A stretch of DNA of 63,948 nucleotides, filler included, from Lama guanicoe (lineage: Eukaryota): assembly GCA_013239625.1 (NCBI GenBank). It is 210 parts of 210 records of this genome, joined end to end, with 100 filler letters (N's around TTAATTAATTAA, not from the genome) between each part and the next. Parts side by side here need not be neighbours in the genome. Positions count along the whole stretch, not along the records: positions 24,706 to 24,910 come from PNXV01033197.1; positions 25,011 to 25,215 come from PNXV01033198.1; positions 25,316 to 25,520 come from PNXV01033199.1; positions 25,621 to 25,825 come from PNXV01033200.1; positions 25,926 to 26,130 come from PNXV01033201.1; positions 26,231 to 26,435 come from PNXV01033202.1; positions 26,536 to 26,740 come from PNXV01033203.1; positions 26,841 to 27,045 come from PNXV01033204.1; 202 more parts are not named here. One strand, 5' to 3'. Under the pieces are notes generated by a model. That model saw only the letters and a program-made list of their open reading frames with translations, ran no database searches and was not told the origin of the DNA. Made by a program: the position numbers and the translations under genes. Shown here in pieces: positions 24,846 through 35,889 of the stretch (positions within the stretch are counted from its first letter, which is position 1; the number at the start of each line of letters is the position of its first letter).

Positions 24846-25620
24846 GGAAGAACTCAATCACGTAGCTACCCTTAACTACGAAAGAAGCTGGTCAGCGTAG
24901 TCTTTATTTTNNNNNNNNNNNNNNNNNNNNNNNNNNNNNNNNNNNNNNNNNNNNTTAATTAATTAANNNNNNNNNNNNNNNNNNNNNNNNNNNNNNNNNN
25001 NNNNNNNNNNCCTGGTCCTTGCCAACTTGCAGGCGGGCATGGGAAGCAAATGGAGAACACGAGGATGGTTTTGGGAGGTGAACAGCGCAAGCTAGTGTCA
25101 CTGGTCACTCTTACTTTTACCCTGACGCCCACTGAGGTCCGAGTGATTGCTGTCAGCTGCCTTGGCTCCTGAGGCAAGTGCAGTGCTCTTCATTGACACC
25201 ACATCCCAGATCTATNNNNNNNNNNNNNNNNNNNNNNNNNNNNNNNNNNNNNNNNNNNNTTAATTAATTAANNNNNNNNNNNNNNNNNNNNNNNNNNNNN
25301 NNNNNNNNNNNNNNNCCCCCTAAACTATCAGTACTGGCCTGTGGCAGAGAAAAATTAGTCAACCACAAAGTAATTGTATGCTAGCAGTGACTCAAAGGGA
25401 ACTGCAGATGTGGTGTAAAGTTTTAGAGGAGCTCATAAGCCACTGGCGGAAATAGGGCCAATGGAAAAATGCTCAAGTTCACAAAAATTTAAAAAACAAA
25501 ATAAAACTTAAAAATAATATNNNNNNNNNNNNNNNNNNNNNNNNNNNNNNNNNNNNNNNNNNNNTTAATTAATTAANNNNNNNNNNNNNNNNNNNNNNNN
25601 NNNNNNNNNNNNNNNNNNNN

Positions 25621-25713
25621 TAAAACTTAACCCTTTTGCTGTACATCAGAAACTACCACAATATTGTAGACCAACAATACTTCAATAAAAAAATAAATTA
25701 AATAAAAATAAAA
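25621..25713 (+). mobile_element. L1 3' tail with A-rich end
   Basis: tttgctgtacatcagaaact..attgtagaccaacaatacttcaataaaaaataaa. Confidence 0.75.
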
Positions 25714-28060
25714 TTTGTCTTTCTGTATTGAGCAAAAGAAACAAAATGTCCAGCTCCTTGAACTACTCTAAACAGATCTGGCAGTGGAGAAACATTTCCT
25801 TCTCAGCAGCAGTCCAGCATCTTTANNNNNNNNNNNNNNNNNNNNNNNNNNNNNNNNNNNNNNNNNNNNTTAATTAATTAANNNNNNNNNNNNNNNNNNN
25901 NNNNNNNNNNNNNNNNNNNNNNNNNATTAGTGATTTCCAGGGGCTGGAGGAGAAAGGAAATGATTGGTATGTTCGGAAGTTAATTGTGGTGAAGATTGCT
26001 TAACTCCATGAGTATATGGAAAGCCACTGAATTTTAAACTTTAAGTAAGTTGTATAGTATACGAATTATTTCACAGTAAAGCTGTTAAAATACTCCAAAC
26101 CTGTCATATGTTTTTTATGGCCTGGCTTTCNNNNNNNNNNNNNNNNNNNNNNNNNNNNNNNNNNNNNNNNNNNNTTAATTAATTAANNNNNNNNNNNNNN
26201 NNNNNNNNNNNNNNNNNNNNNNNNNNNNNNTTTGGCTGCAGCACAACATTTGTTTCATAGAATATATTGTTTGTTTATTCATCCTTCAGTGAGGCAAAAT
26301 TACCCCAAAACAGTGTGTGGCAGTAGGGTGTATGTGTGTGTGCATGCATGTTGCTCTCTTGGATCTGGTTGCTGGCCACTCATGTATATTTCAAATACAA
26401 ATTGATAAGCACAGCCCCAATTCAAATTCTCAATCNNNNNNNNNNNNNNNNNNNNNNNNNNNNNNNNNNNNNNNNNNNNTTAATTAATTAANNNNNNNNN
26501 NNNNNNNNNNNNNNNNNNNNNNNNNNNNNNNNNNNAATAAAAAATTTTAAAAAAGATAAAATGAATCTTATATAACATAGTGAAAAAGAAAACAGATCAA
26601 TTTTTTTTAAGAACTATTCAGAAATTATGGAAACAAAATACAGACAAATACAGATATCATTTGGTATATAAAATTCAATGTATGAGTTAAGTAATCTTCA
26701 ATATCTAGGGTGTTCATTAAAATTCAACAGTAATCTCTAANNNNNNNNNNNNNNNNNNNNNNNNNNNNNNNNNNNNNNNNNNNNTTAATTAATTAANNNN
26801 NNNNNNNNNNNNNNNNNNNNNNNNNNNNNNNNNNNNNNNNGGAATTTCCATACTGTTTTCCATAACGGCTGCACCAAACTACATTCCCAGCAGCAGTGTA
26901 GGAGACTTTTTCAAGAGAAATGATACTCGGAATTAGAAAATGAGATGCTTCCTTTTTTGGTGAGTTGTCCAAATACATGTTCACGAGCAGAGTCTAGACA
27001 GGGTAATTACAATCTGCCCATTTCCCCCTTTACAATCCCCTAGAANNNNNNNNNNNNNNNNNNNNNNNNNNNNNNNNNNNNNNNNNNNNTTAATTAATTA
27101 ANNNNNNNNNNNNNNNNNNNNNNNNNNNNNNNNNNNNNNNNNNNNAATTGAGATGATTCAAAATCACAGAACCCAGAGCCTTGCACTCCAGTTATGTCAC
27201 CAACACAAGCAATCTTCCCTTCTCAGGGTCACTTTCTCCTCCCCTTACTGATGCCTCCAGACATCAGCCTCCAAATGAACCACCGCAATTAGACTCTGTC
27301 ATGGGGGAAACTGAGCTAAGTAATTAAGCAGAGGTACTAGTTGTACAGATNNNNNNNNNNNNNNNNNNNNNNNNNNNNNNNNNNNNNNNNNNNNTTAATT
27401 AATTAANNNNNNNNNNNNNNNNNNNNNNNNNNNNNNNNNNNNNNNNNNNNTGAAAACCTCAATGGACACCACTGGTCATAGGACTTCCACTGAGTGCTCA
27501 AAAGCAAACAAGTATATAAAAACATTAGCAAATGGCTTTCTTTACGGGGAAGAACACATCGTTCAATACACGATATTTATCCTAGTTCAACGCAGTGCCT
27601 CCAAATGCAACCTGCGTGACTTAGGGAGAAGGGGTAAGAGAGAGCAGTGAGAGAANNNNNNNNNNNNNNNNNNNNNNNNNNNNNNNNNNNNNNNNNNNNT
27701 TAATTAATTAANNNNNNNNNNNNNNNNNNNNNNNNNNNNNNNNNNNNNNNNNNNNAAGAGGTAATAAGTTCAAAAAGCTACAAATATAATTCTAATTAGA
27801 ATCCGTTAGTAAATCCTCTAGCAATTTTGATAATTTATTTGATTGCCTAAAGTTTCCCAAGTGTTTCTGTCAAATACAATTATAGGTGGATAATAATAGT
27901 TGTTCTATGAGCAAAAGACACATATATGGTCAATTAGTTTAAACAACTGAAAGTTTGAAANNNNNNNNNNNNNNNNNNNNNNNNNNNNNNNNNNNNNNNN
28001 NNNNTTAATTAATTAANNNNNNNNNNNNNNNNNNNNNNNNNNNNNNNNNNNNNNNNNNNN

Positions 28061-28265
28061 AGAAAGTTAAGCAAAACAAGAAGACAGAGGAACTGGTCTC
28101 AGCTGAAAGAACAAGAGAATAACCTGAGAAATGAAGTAGAAATAAACAATTTACCAGATAAGGAATTCAAAACATTAGTAATAAGAATGCTAACTGAATT
28201 GGGGGAAAAGAATAGCTGAACACAGTGAGAATTTTAACATGAAACTAGAAAATATAAAAAAAAAA
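28061..28265 (+). mobile_element. LINE-1 ORF1 N-terminal fragment
   Basis: gaaataaacaatttaccagataaggaattcaaaaca..ataagaatgctaactgaattg reads EINNLPDKEFKTLVIRMLTEL. Confidence 0.75.
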
Positions 28266-29890
28266 NNNNNNNNNNNNNNNNNNNNNNNNNNNNNNNNNNN
28301 NNNNNNNNNTTAATTAATTAANNNNNNNNNNNNNNNNNNNNNNNNNNNNNNNNNNNNNNNNNNNNGTGCTGTGGGTGAGAATCAGTTTCTGGTGGGCTTG
28401 GTGCTGCAGGGAGCGCTGTTCATTCAACAGCCACTGACCCTCCTCCCAGAAGGCTCTGCTCGCCCAGGGAGGTTGGATGTGCTCTTTAGAAATGGGGACA
28501 ACAGGATGAGCACGGGACACAGCAGGAGGGACTGGGTGCAGACACACCACCCAGACTCTAAGCAGCCTGANNNNNNNNNNNNNNNNNNNNNNNNNNNNNN
28601 NNNNNNNNNNNNNNTTAATTAATTAANNNNNNNNNNNNNNNNNNNNNNNNNNNNNNNNNNNNNNNNNNNNACCTAAGAGTGTCTTCCTCTCCTCCCTCAT
28701 ATGAAACTAGGTCATTTGACGGTGAAGTCTTTACAATCAACCTGGGAAAGAGATGTCATTTTTTTAAAAGTTAAAATCAGAAATTTAACTGGCAATTCAA
28801 AACAGCAGAAATGTCCTAAGCAATCACGCCATGAATAGACAGTTTGGGGGCACTCACTGCATTGAATGAGGGGCTNNNNNNNNNNNNNNNNNNNNNNNNN
28901 NNNNNNNNNNNNNNNNNNNTTAATTAATTAANNNNNNNNNNNNNNNNNNNNNNNNNNNNNNNNNNNNNNNNNNNNTTTGTTGAACAACTTAATGCACTGA
29001 TTCTAGCCTGAGTCTTACATCCAAATCTTGAATCATTCTGGAAGTATAAAGTCTATGAGCTTGTGTCTCTCATGGTGAAGCTTGACATTTCTGTCCATGT
29101 AGGGAGATTCAGGAAAGGTATGACTAAACAGTGGGAACATTACTGTGTGGAAAAAGGCATCATCATAGGAAATGAAATCCNNNNNNNNNNNNNNNNNNNN
29201 NNNNNNNNNNNNNNNNNNNNNNNNTTAATTAATTAANNNNNNNNNNNNNNNNNNNNNNNNNNNNNNNNNNNNNNNNNNNNCCTTTCCACCCTAATTTAAA
29301 AATCCCAGGAAAGGGGAGACAGGATTTTGCTTAAGCAAACAGATCTACCTGGATCAAATTCAGGGATCCGAGCTTGGTATTCAGCTCCGACTCTCATCCC
29401 AACATCTGCAAAGCAATGCCAAAAAAGAAAAAAGAGGGGGGAAAAGAAAAAGAAAAGAAAGAAGAAAAAGAAAAAGGAAGAGACANNNNNNNNNNNNNNN
29501 NNNNNNNNNNNNNNNNNNNNNNNNNNNNNTTAATTAATTAANNNNNNNNNNNNNNNNNNNNNNNNNNNNNNNNNNNNNNNNNNNNACGTGTGGCTTTCCT
29601 GGTCCCCGTTTACTTACCTTCTGCTGGGCAGAGCCCCTCCCTAGGCGTCCTCCCCATGTAAAGAAGAGAAGCCGCATGAGATGAGGACTCAAGTCAGACA
29701 CAGGGGCCCCTCTTTGGACTCGTTCCGTGTCGCGACAAAGATGCGTCTGTGGCGCCCAGGACCGCCCCTCCCCACCCCAGGGGGGCGCAGNNNNNNNNNN
29801 NNNNNNNNNNNNNNNNNNNNNNNNNNNNNNNNNNTTAATTAATTAANNNNNNNNNNNNNNNNNNNNNNNNNNNNNNNNNNNNNNNNNNNN

Positions 29891-30094
29891 AATTGCGAAC
29901 TTCAAGCTGCAGCAGCTTGGTGAGGAGGTCAGCCCCGCCGCTGTCAAGTCTACAGCAAGGACAAGGGGACTGGGGATAGCAGTAAGTCTTGAACTCTTCA
30001 CTGAACAGGATGCCTGGCCACGTCCCCTCAGTTGGGTTCCCAAGACGCGGAAGATGAAGTGCAGCTGTTCCTCCACCGTGGAGCCCGGGAAGAG
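29891..30094 (-). pseudogene. CDK16: CDK16 (PCTAIRE-1) processed pseudogene fragment
   Basis: Minus strand reads [20 protein letters not shown], then a 1-nt deletion near 30034-30036, then [47 protein letters not shown]. Recalled CDK16: [73 protein letters not shown]. Confidence 0.92.
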
Positions 30095-30500
30095 GNNNNN
30101 NNNNNNNNNNNNNNNNNNNNNNNNNNNNNNNNNNNNNNNTTAATTAATTAANNNNNNNNNNNNNNNNNNNNNNNNNNNNNNNNNNNNNNNNNNNNTAAAT
30201 TATTTAAATACCAAATAATCCTCTAAAGGGATCTGATTAATGTCTATATATGAAATGTATAGTATCATTTTGATAGCATATTTTTGAAGTCTCATGCTTA
30301 TAATGCTAGAAAAGATATCTAACAAAACGTTATATTAAAATAAAAGCTTTTGTAAAACAAAAAGACAACCTACAGAATGGGAGAAAATATTTGCAAATGA
30401 NNNNNNNNNNNNNNNNNNNNNNNNNNNNNNNNNNNNNNNNNNNNTTAATTAATTAANNNNNNNNNNNNNNNNNNNNNNNNNNNNNNNNNNNNNNNNNNNN

Positions 30501-30640
30501 GTGGAACGACAGTGCCCCGTCTGGGTGGACCCCCGTTTACTTATCCATCATCGACTGCGGGGCATCCTGGCTGCTCCCAGTGCTGGGTGACGATGCCCAG
30601 GCTGCTGAAAACGGTCGCCTCCAAGGATCTGTCCGAGCGA
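30501..30640 (-). mobile_element. Old L1M fragment with GC-shifted composition
   Basis: gtttacttatccatcatcgactgcggggcatcctggctgctcccagt..gctgctgaaaac follows the antisense L1 motif tttatccattcatctgttgatggacatttgggttgtttccac..gctgctatgaac. Confidence 0.55.
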
Positions 30641-31228
30641 CCAGTGGCTGTGCACGTGTTCCTGCCAGTGAGCAGCCCTGGCAGCTGCCACCCGGGTGGG
30701 CGGAGNNNNNNNNNNNNNNNNNNNNNNNNNNNNNNNNNNNNNNNNNNNNTTAATTAATTAANNNNNNNNNNNNNNNNNNNNNNNNNNNNNNNNNNNNNNN
30801 NNNNNAAGATTTAAAACTTGCATTCTGGCCACCTTGCCTCCAGCCAAATTGTTTTCTGCCCAGGCGCCAGGGTCTGTGATGGGCAGCACACGGACGACCA
30901 GGCGTGGGCAGAGCCCGCGGTCACCTGTGGGATGCCCTTTGAAAGGCTTCAGCCTTTTCTTCTCAGTCACAGCAGCTGTCAACCTCGCTGCACATCAGAA
31001 TCGCCAGGGANNNNNNNNNNNNNNNNNNNNNNNNNNNNNNNNNNNNNNNNNNNNTTAATTAATTAANNNNNNNNNNNNNNNNNNNNNNNNNNNNNNNNNN
31101 NNNNNNNNNNCTCCAGAGTGTTTTGGGACCCTGACAATGGCAGTGTTAAGTGTGGGGTCAGACAGTGGGCTTCCGCTGGAGCTCGCTGGAGAACACAGTG
31201 TGCAATTTCCACCTCCCATACTATAGCT

Positions 31229-31267
31229 GTGCGCGTGCACACGCGCACACACACACACACACACACG
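31229..31267. repeat. Alternating purine-pyrimidine (CG/CA)n microsatellite
   Basis: gtgcgcgtgcacacgcgcacacacacacacacacacacg. Confidence 0.9.
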
Positions 31268-32330
31268 AGTCATGGCTTAGGCAGCAAGAAAAGAAAGGAC
31301 ATTTATTGCAGGAGANNNNNNNNNNNNNNNNNNNNNNNNNNNNNNNNNNNNNNNNNNNNTTAATTAATTAANNNNNNNNNNNNNNNNNNNNNNNNNNNNN
31401 NNNNNNNNNNNNNNNCTCCAGCCTAGAGCAAGTATATCAGAATATCTACAGGAGATGGGGGGACAAACCATGTCTCTCTTCCAAAGACTGAAGGGTTTTC
31501 TGGGATGCAGAATGTTCAGTGCTGACATTGAGAATGGGCAAATGGGTAAGTTTGGGGGAACCAGGCCCTGAATCAGAATGTTTCCCTGTTGTTTCTGAGG
31601 ATCATCAAAAGGACATTTGCNNNNNNNNNNNNNNNNNNNNNNNNNNNNNNNNNNNNNNNNNNNNTTAATTAATTAANNNNNNNNNNNNNNNNNNNNNNNN
31701 NNNNNNNNNNNNNNNNNNNNCTCCTGCCAACTGAGTCTCCTCCCAGAACTTTTGCTGAGTTCGTGGTTGGGGGGTGGGAACTTGGGAGGCAGACAGAAGG
31801 AAGAAAAACATCTCCATAGTTTTGTGGAAATAAACATCAGTGAGGAAATCAGATATGAATAATCCTCCAACCATCTTTTGTAAATTGACATTTATAACTG
31901 ACATATATAGACTACACCCTATAACNNNNNNNNNNNNNNNNNNNNNNNNNNNNNNNNNNNNNNNNNNNNTTAATTAATTAANNNNNNNNNNNNNNNNNNN
32001 NNNNNNNNNNNNNNNNNNNNNNNNNATTTTCATTCAATTGTGTTCCGTTCTTCCCTACTGAATCCAGAGCCAAACACACCCCTTCCTCACACCACTTTCT
32101 TCTACTTCAAGAGTTCGTGAGACGCCTGGAGAAAAGCTTTGATGGGTCGTTTCTTTCATATGCATCCTGTCAAATCTGAACGACCCCATGCAAGCGACTG
32201 AAATTTATGGGCGACTCACAGGCTGTATGCNNNNNNNNNNNNNNNNNNNNNNNNNNNNNNNNNNNNNNNNNNNNTTAATTAATTAANNNNNNNNNNNNNN
32301 NNNNNNNNNNNNNNNNNNNNNNNNNNNNNN

Positions 32331-32534
32331 ATCGCTAATTATCAGAGAAATGCAAATCAAAACTACAATGAGGTTATCATTTCACATCAGTCAGAATGGC
32401 CATCATTATAAAGGCCACAAACGATAAATGCTGGAAAGGATGTGGAGAAAAGGCAACCCTCCTACACTGTTGGTGGAAATGTAGCTGATGCAGCCATTAT
32501 GGAAAACAGTTTGGAGATTCCTCAAAAAACTAAA
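32331..32534 (+). mobile_element. LINE-1 ORF2 C-terminal fragment (204-bp contig)
   Basis: atcagagaaatgcaaatcaaaactacaatgag..aaatgctggaaaggatgtggagaaaagg..cctacactgttggtgg (region of the Cys-rich motif). Confidence 0.92.
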
Positions 32535-33244
32535 NNNNNNNNNNNNNNNNNNNNNNNNNNNNNNNNNNNNNNNNNNNNTTAATTAATTAANNNNNNNNNN
32601 NNNNNNNNNNNNNNNNNNNNNNNNNNNNNNNNNNACCCCAGCATCAGATTTTCAACCTCTAGAACTTTTAGAAGTACATTTCTATTGTATGTAACAGTTT
32701 ATAACTTTACTTTAACAACCCAAACTAAGAGAATACCTACATATCTTGTTTCACATTCACACTAATAGCTATTTACATTTTCCATCTTATATTGCACCTA
32801 CATTTCTGATTCTTCTAATGCTTCAGGACCTCCCTGGATNNNNNNNNNNNNNNNNNNNNNNNNNNNNNNNNNNNNNNNNNNNNTTAATTAATTAANNNNN
32901 NNNNNNNNNNNNNNNNNNNNNNNNNNNNNNNNNNNNNNNCTGCTTCTTTTTGAAACACAGTTTTGTCTCCCTTTGGCTTCTCTCTTCTCCATCTTCCCGT
33001 TTTTGTTTTCTCTCCTCCTTCTTTCCCTCCTCCTCCTCCTCAGTCCCCTGCAGACCCCGTCGTTTCCTTTCCCTCCTACAGAGGTCCGGGGTCTTGGCGG
33101 GGGTGGGGGGCTGGTGTTAGCTGGGGTCCCTCCCTGACACTCTGNNNNNNNNNNNNNNNNNNNNNNNNNNNNNNNNNNNNNNNNNNNNTTAATTAATTAA
33201 NNNNNNNNNNNNNNNNNNNNNNNNNNNNNNNNNNNNNNNNNNNN

Positions 33245-33449
33245 TGTTCTCTGACTATAATGGCATTAATCTAGTTATCAATAACAAAAAAAAACTTTTT
33301 CAACATTTGGAGACATTTAGAACTTAAGCAACATGCTTCTAAATAGCCCACTGGTCAATGAAGAAATAAAAAATGGAAATAAGAAATCTTGACCTAAATA
33401 CTAAGGAATATATTACATGGTTGTGGACCACAGCTAAAACTGTGCCTAG
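33245..33449 (+). mobile_element. Old LINE-1 ORF2 fragment (after the endonuclease domain)
   Basis: ttctctgactataatggcattaatctag..caacatgcttctaaata..tggtcaatgaagaaat. Confidence 0.7.
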
Positions 33450-34159
33450 NNNNNNNNNNNNNNNNNNNNNNNNNNNNNNNNNNNNNNNNNNNNTTAATTA
33501 ATTAANNNNNNNNNNNNNNNNNNNNNNNNNNNNNNNNNNNNNNNNNNNNAGAGACTTCCAAGGTGACACAGTGATGGTAATACCCAGGTCTAGGGGATAG
33601 TTAAGGGTGGGTGGTTGAATGTGAGGAAGTTAAGGGACTCAGAGGCTGAGGTTGTCATAAAGAGAGAAAACCAGAGAGCCGGATGCCGAAACCAAATGCA
33701 GCCCTGAGGGAATTAAGCTGAATGCCCAGTTGCACCAGGGGTGCCCCTGTACTANNNNNNNNNNNNNNNNNNNNNNNNNNNNNNNNNNNNNNNNNNNNTT
33801 AATTAATTAANNNNNNNNNNNNNNNNNNNNNNNNNNNNNNNNNNNNNNNNNNNNCAATCTTTTTTTGTGGTGAGAATGTTTAAAATCTCCTCTCAACAAC
33901 TTTAAGTATACAATATCCTATTATTAAATATAGTCACTATGCTATATATTTTAGATCCTCTTCTTATAACTGAAAAATGTGTGCCATTTGACCTCCAACC
34001 CCCGGCCAATGAAAACAACTATTCTTTGCTCTGTTTCTATGAAATCAGCTTTTATTTATNNNNNNNNNNNNNNNNNNNNNNNNNNNNNNNNNNNNNNNNN
34101 NNNTTAATTAATTAANNNNNNNNNNNNNNNNNNNNNNNNNNNNNNNNNNNNNNNNNNNN

Positions 34160-34364
34160 CTAAGTGAAATAAGCTAGAAAGAGAAAGAAAAATACCATAT
34201 GATATCACCTATATATGGACTATAAAAAAAAAGAAAGAGGACACTAATGAACTCATCTACAAAACAGAAACAGATTTGCAAATACAATAAACAATCTTAC
34301 AGTTACTGGGGGAAGGGGGGTGGGAAGGGATAAATTTGGGAGTTTGAAATTTGCAAATGTTAGC
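34160..34364 (+). mobile_element. Cetartiodactyl/camelid-type L1 3' UTR
   Basis: ctaagtgaaataagc..aaataccatatgatatcac..atgaactcatctacaaaacagaaacaga..gggaagggataaatttgggagtttg. Confidence 0.88.
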
Positions 34365-35719
34365 NNNNNNNNNNNNNNNNNNNNNNNNNNNNNNNNNNNN
34401 NNNNNNNNTTAATTAATTAANNNNNNNNNNNNNNNNNNNNNNNNNNNNNNNNNNNNNNNNNNNNCTCTTCTTTGCCCTCCTCTTCACTGGCAATGGCTGA
34501 GGCTCAACCAGTGATCTCTGCCCCATGCTTCTCTCCTAGAGGACCAGAGTCCAGAGTGGAGAATTCAGACTGTATCACGTGAGCTGGGAAATACTTGCAT
34601 AGATGACTAGTTTTTGCATTTATTAACTTCAAAGGATCAAATGAGAGGATCTAGACTGAAGGATAGTAGNNNNNNNNNNNNNNNNNNNNNNNNNNNNNNN
34701 NNNNNNNNNNNNNTTAATTAATTAANNNNNNNNNNNNNNNNNNNNNNNNNNNNNNNNNNNNNNNNNNNNTATTACCTTCTCTGTTCTGAGGTGTATTGCA
34801 TAAAAGTGGTGTAAACTACAGTTATTTCTGTCAGCTAATTATTATCCATCTACAGATATTATCACAAAATTACTATTTATGTCATACATTTTGCTGCCAC
34901 AGTAACTTACCGTATTCTTACTTGAGAATATAATATGTTGATCTGTAGCCAATCTTTGCATTTTAGCAATAGAANNNNNNNNNNNNNNNNNNNNNNNNNN
35001 NNNNNNNNNNNNNNNNNNTTAATTAATTAANNNNNNNNNNNNNNNNNNNNNNNNNNNNNNNNNNNNNNNNNNNNGCAAAATATGTGGTGGGGAATAAACA
35101 ATGATCAGATCACAATGAGACTGAAAGTGAATGAAAATTAAGGGAGGCTAATTAGAAAAACATGATGAAAATCAAAATATGAAACATTTTTGGGAGAGAA
35201 ATAAAACAGGTTGTGAGAATGACAGGAAAGGAATTTCGAAAGTGTCCTTAAAAGTATAAGGCATGTCTTTACTGGAGAANNNNNNNNNNNNNNNNNNNNN
35301 NNNNNNNNNNNNNNNNNNNNNNNTTAATTAATTAANNNNNNNNNNNNNNNNNNNNNNNNNNNNNNNNNNNNNNNNNNNNAGTTCACCCACCTACGCTCCT
35401 AGCCCATGATTCACCTCCACGTGATTTTACTTTCTTTTTCTTCTTGCAAGACGTGATGTCGTGACTGCTTCCATTATGTAAAGCCAGCCTTCCCAGATCC
35501 ACAGGCAAACATAGTGACTAACCTGCAGGATGCGTGTGTCGAGCTGGAGTCGGGGAAACACCAGATTCCCAGATGTTTGCTGCTNNNNNNNNNNNNNNNN
35601 NNNNNNNNNNNNNNNNNNNNNNNNNNNNTTAATTAATTAANNNNNNNNNNNNNNNNNNNNNNNNNNNNNNNNNNNNNNNNNNNNTGCATCATGCTACGTC
35701 TTCAAGGAAATAGAGTTGA

Positions 35720-35889
35720 TTCCTGTTACTTGCGGTAGTTACCATCCAGAAAGTTGCTGTGAACACTGAGTTGGAGGACACTGAACCATTGCTCCCAGGG
35801 GAAATACAGAGTTAGGTTCTTGTGAGTCTCGGGTCACATTTTTGTCAACCATTCAGTACATAACCTTGTTTTATGTGTGTTTCTGTTCA
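35720..35889 (+). mobile_element. MER82-like TcMar-Tigger DNA transposon fragment
   Basis: actgaaccattgctcccaggggaaatacagagttaggttc..cataaccttgttttatgtgtgtttctgtt matches recalled MER82. Confidence 0.65.

Noticed and set aside
28366..28570. Minus-strand acceptor-like site followed by open frame EHIQPPWASRAFWEEGQWLLNEQRSLQHQAHQKLILTHS
   Set aside because: Could be an exon, but I recognise no protein family and the acceptor is weak; not supportable without a search.
29327..29533. Lys/Arg-rich ORF resembling an NLS or protamine
   Set aside because: Produced by an A/G-rich low-complexity tract.
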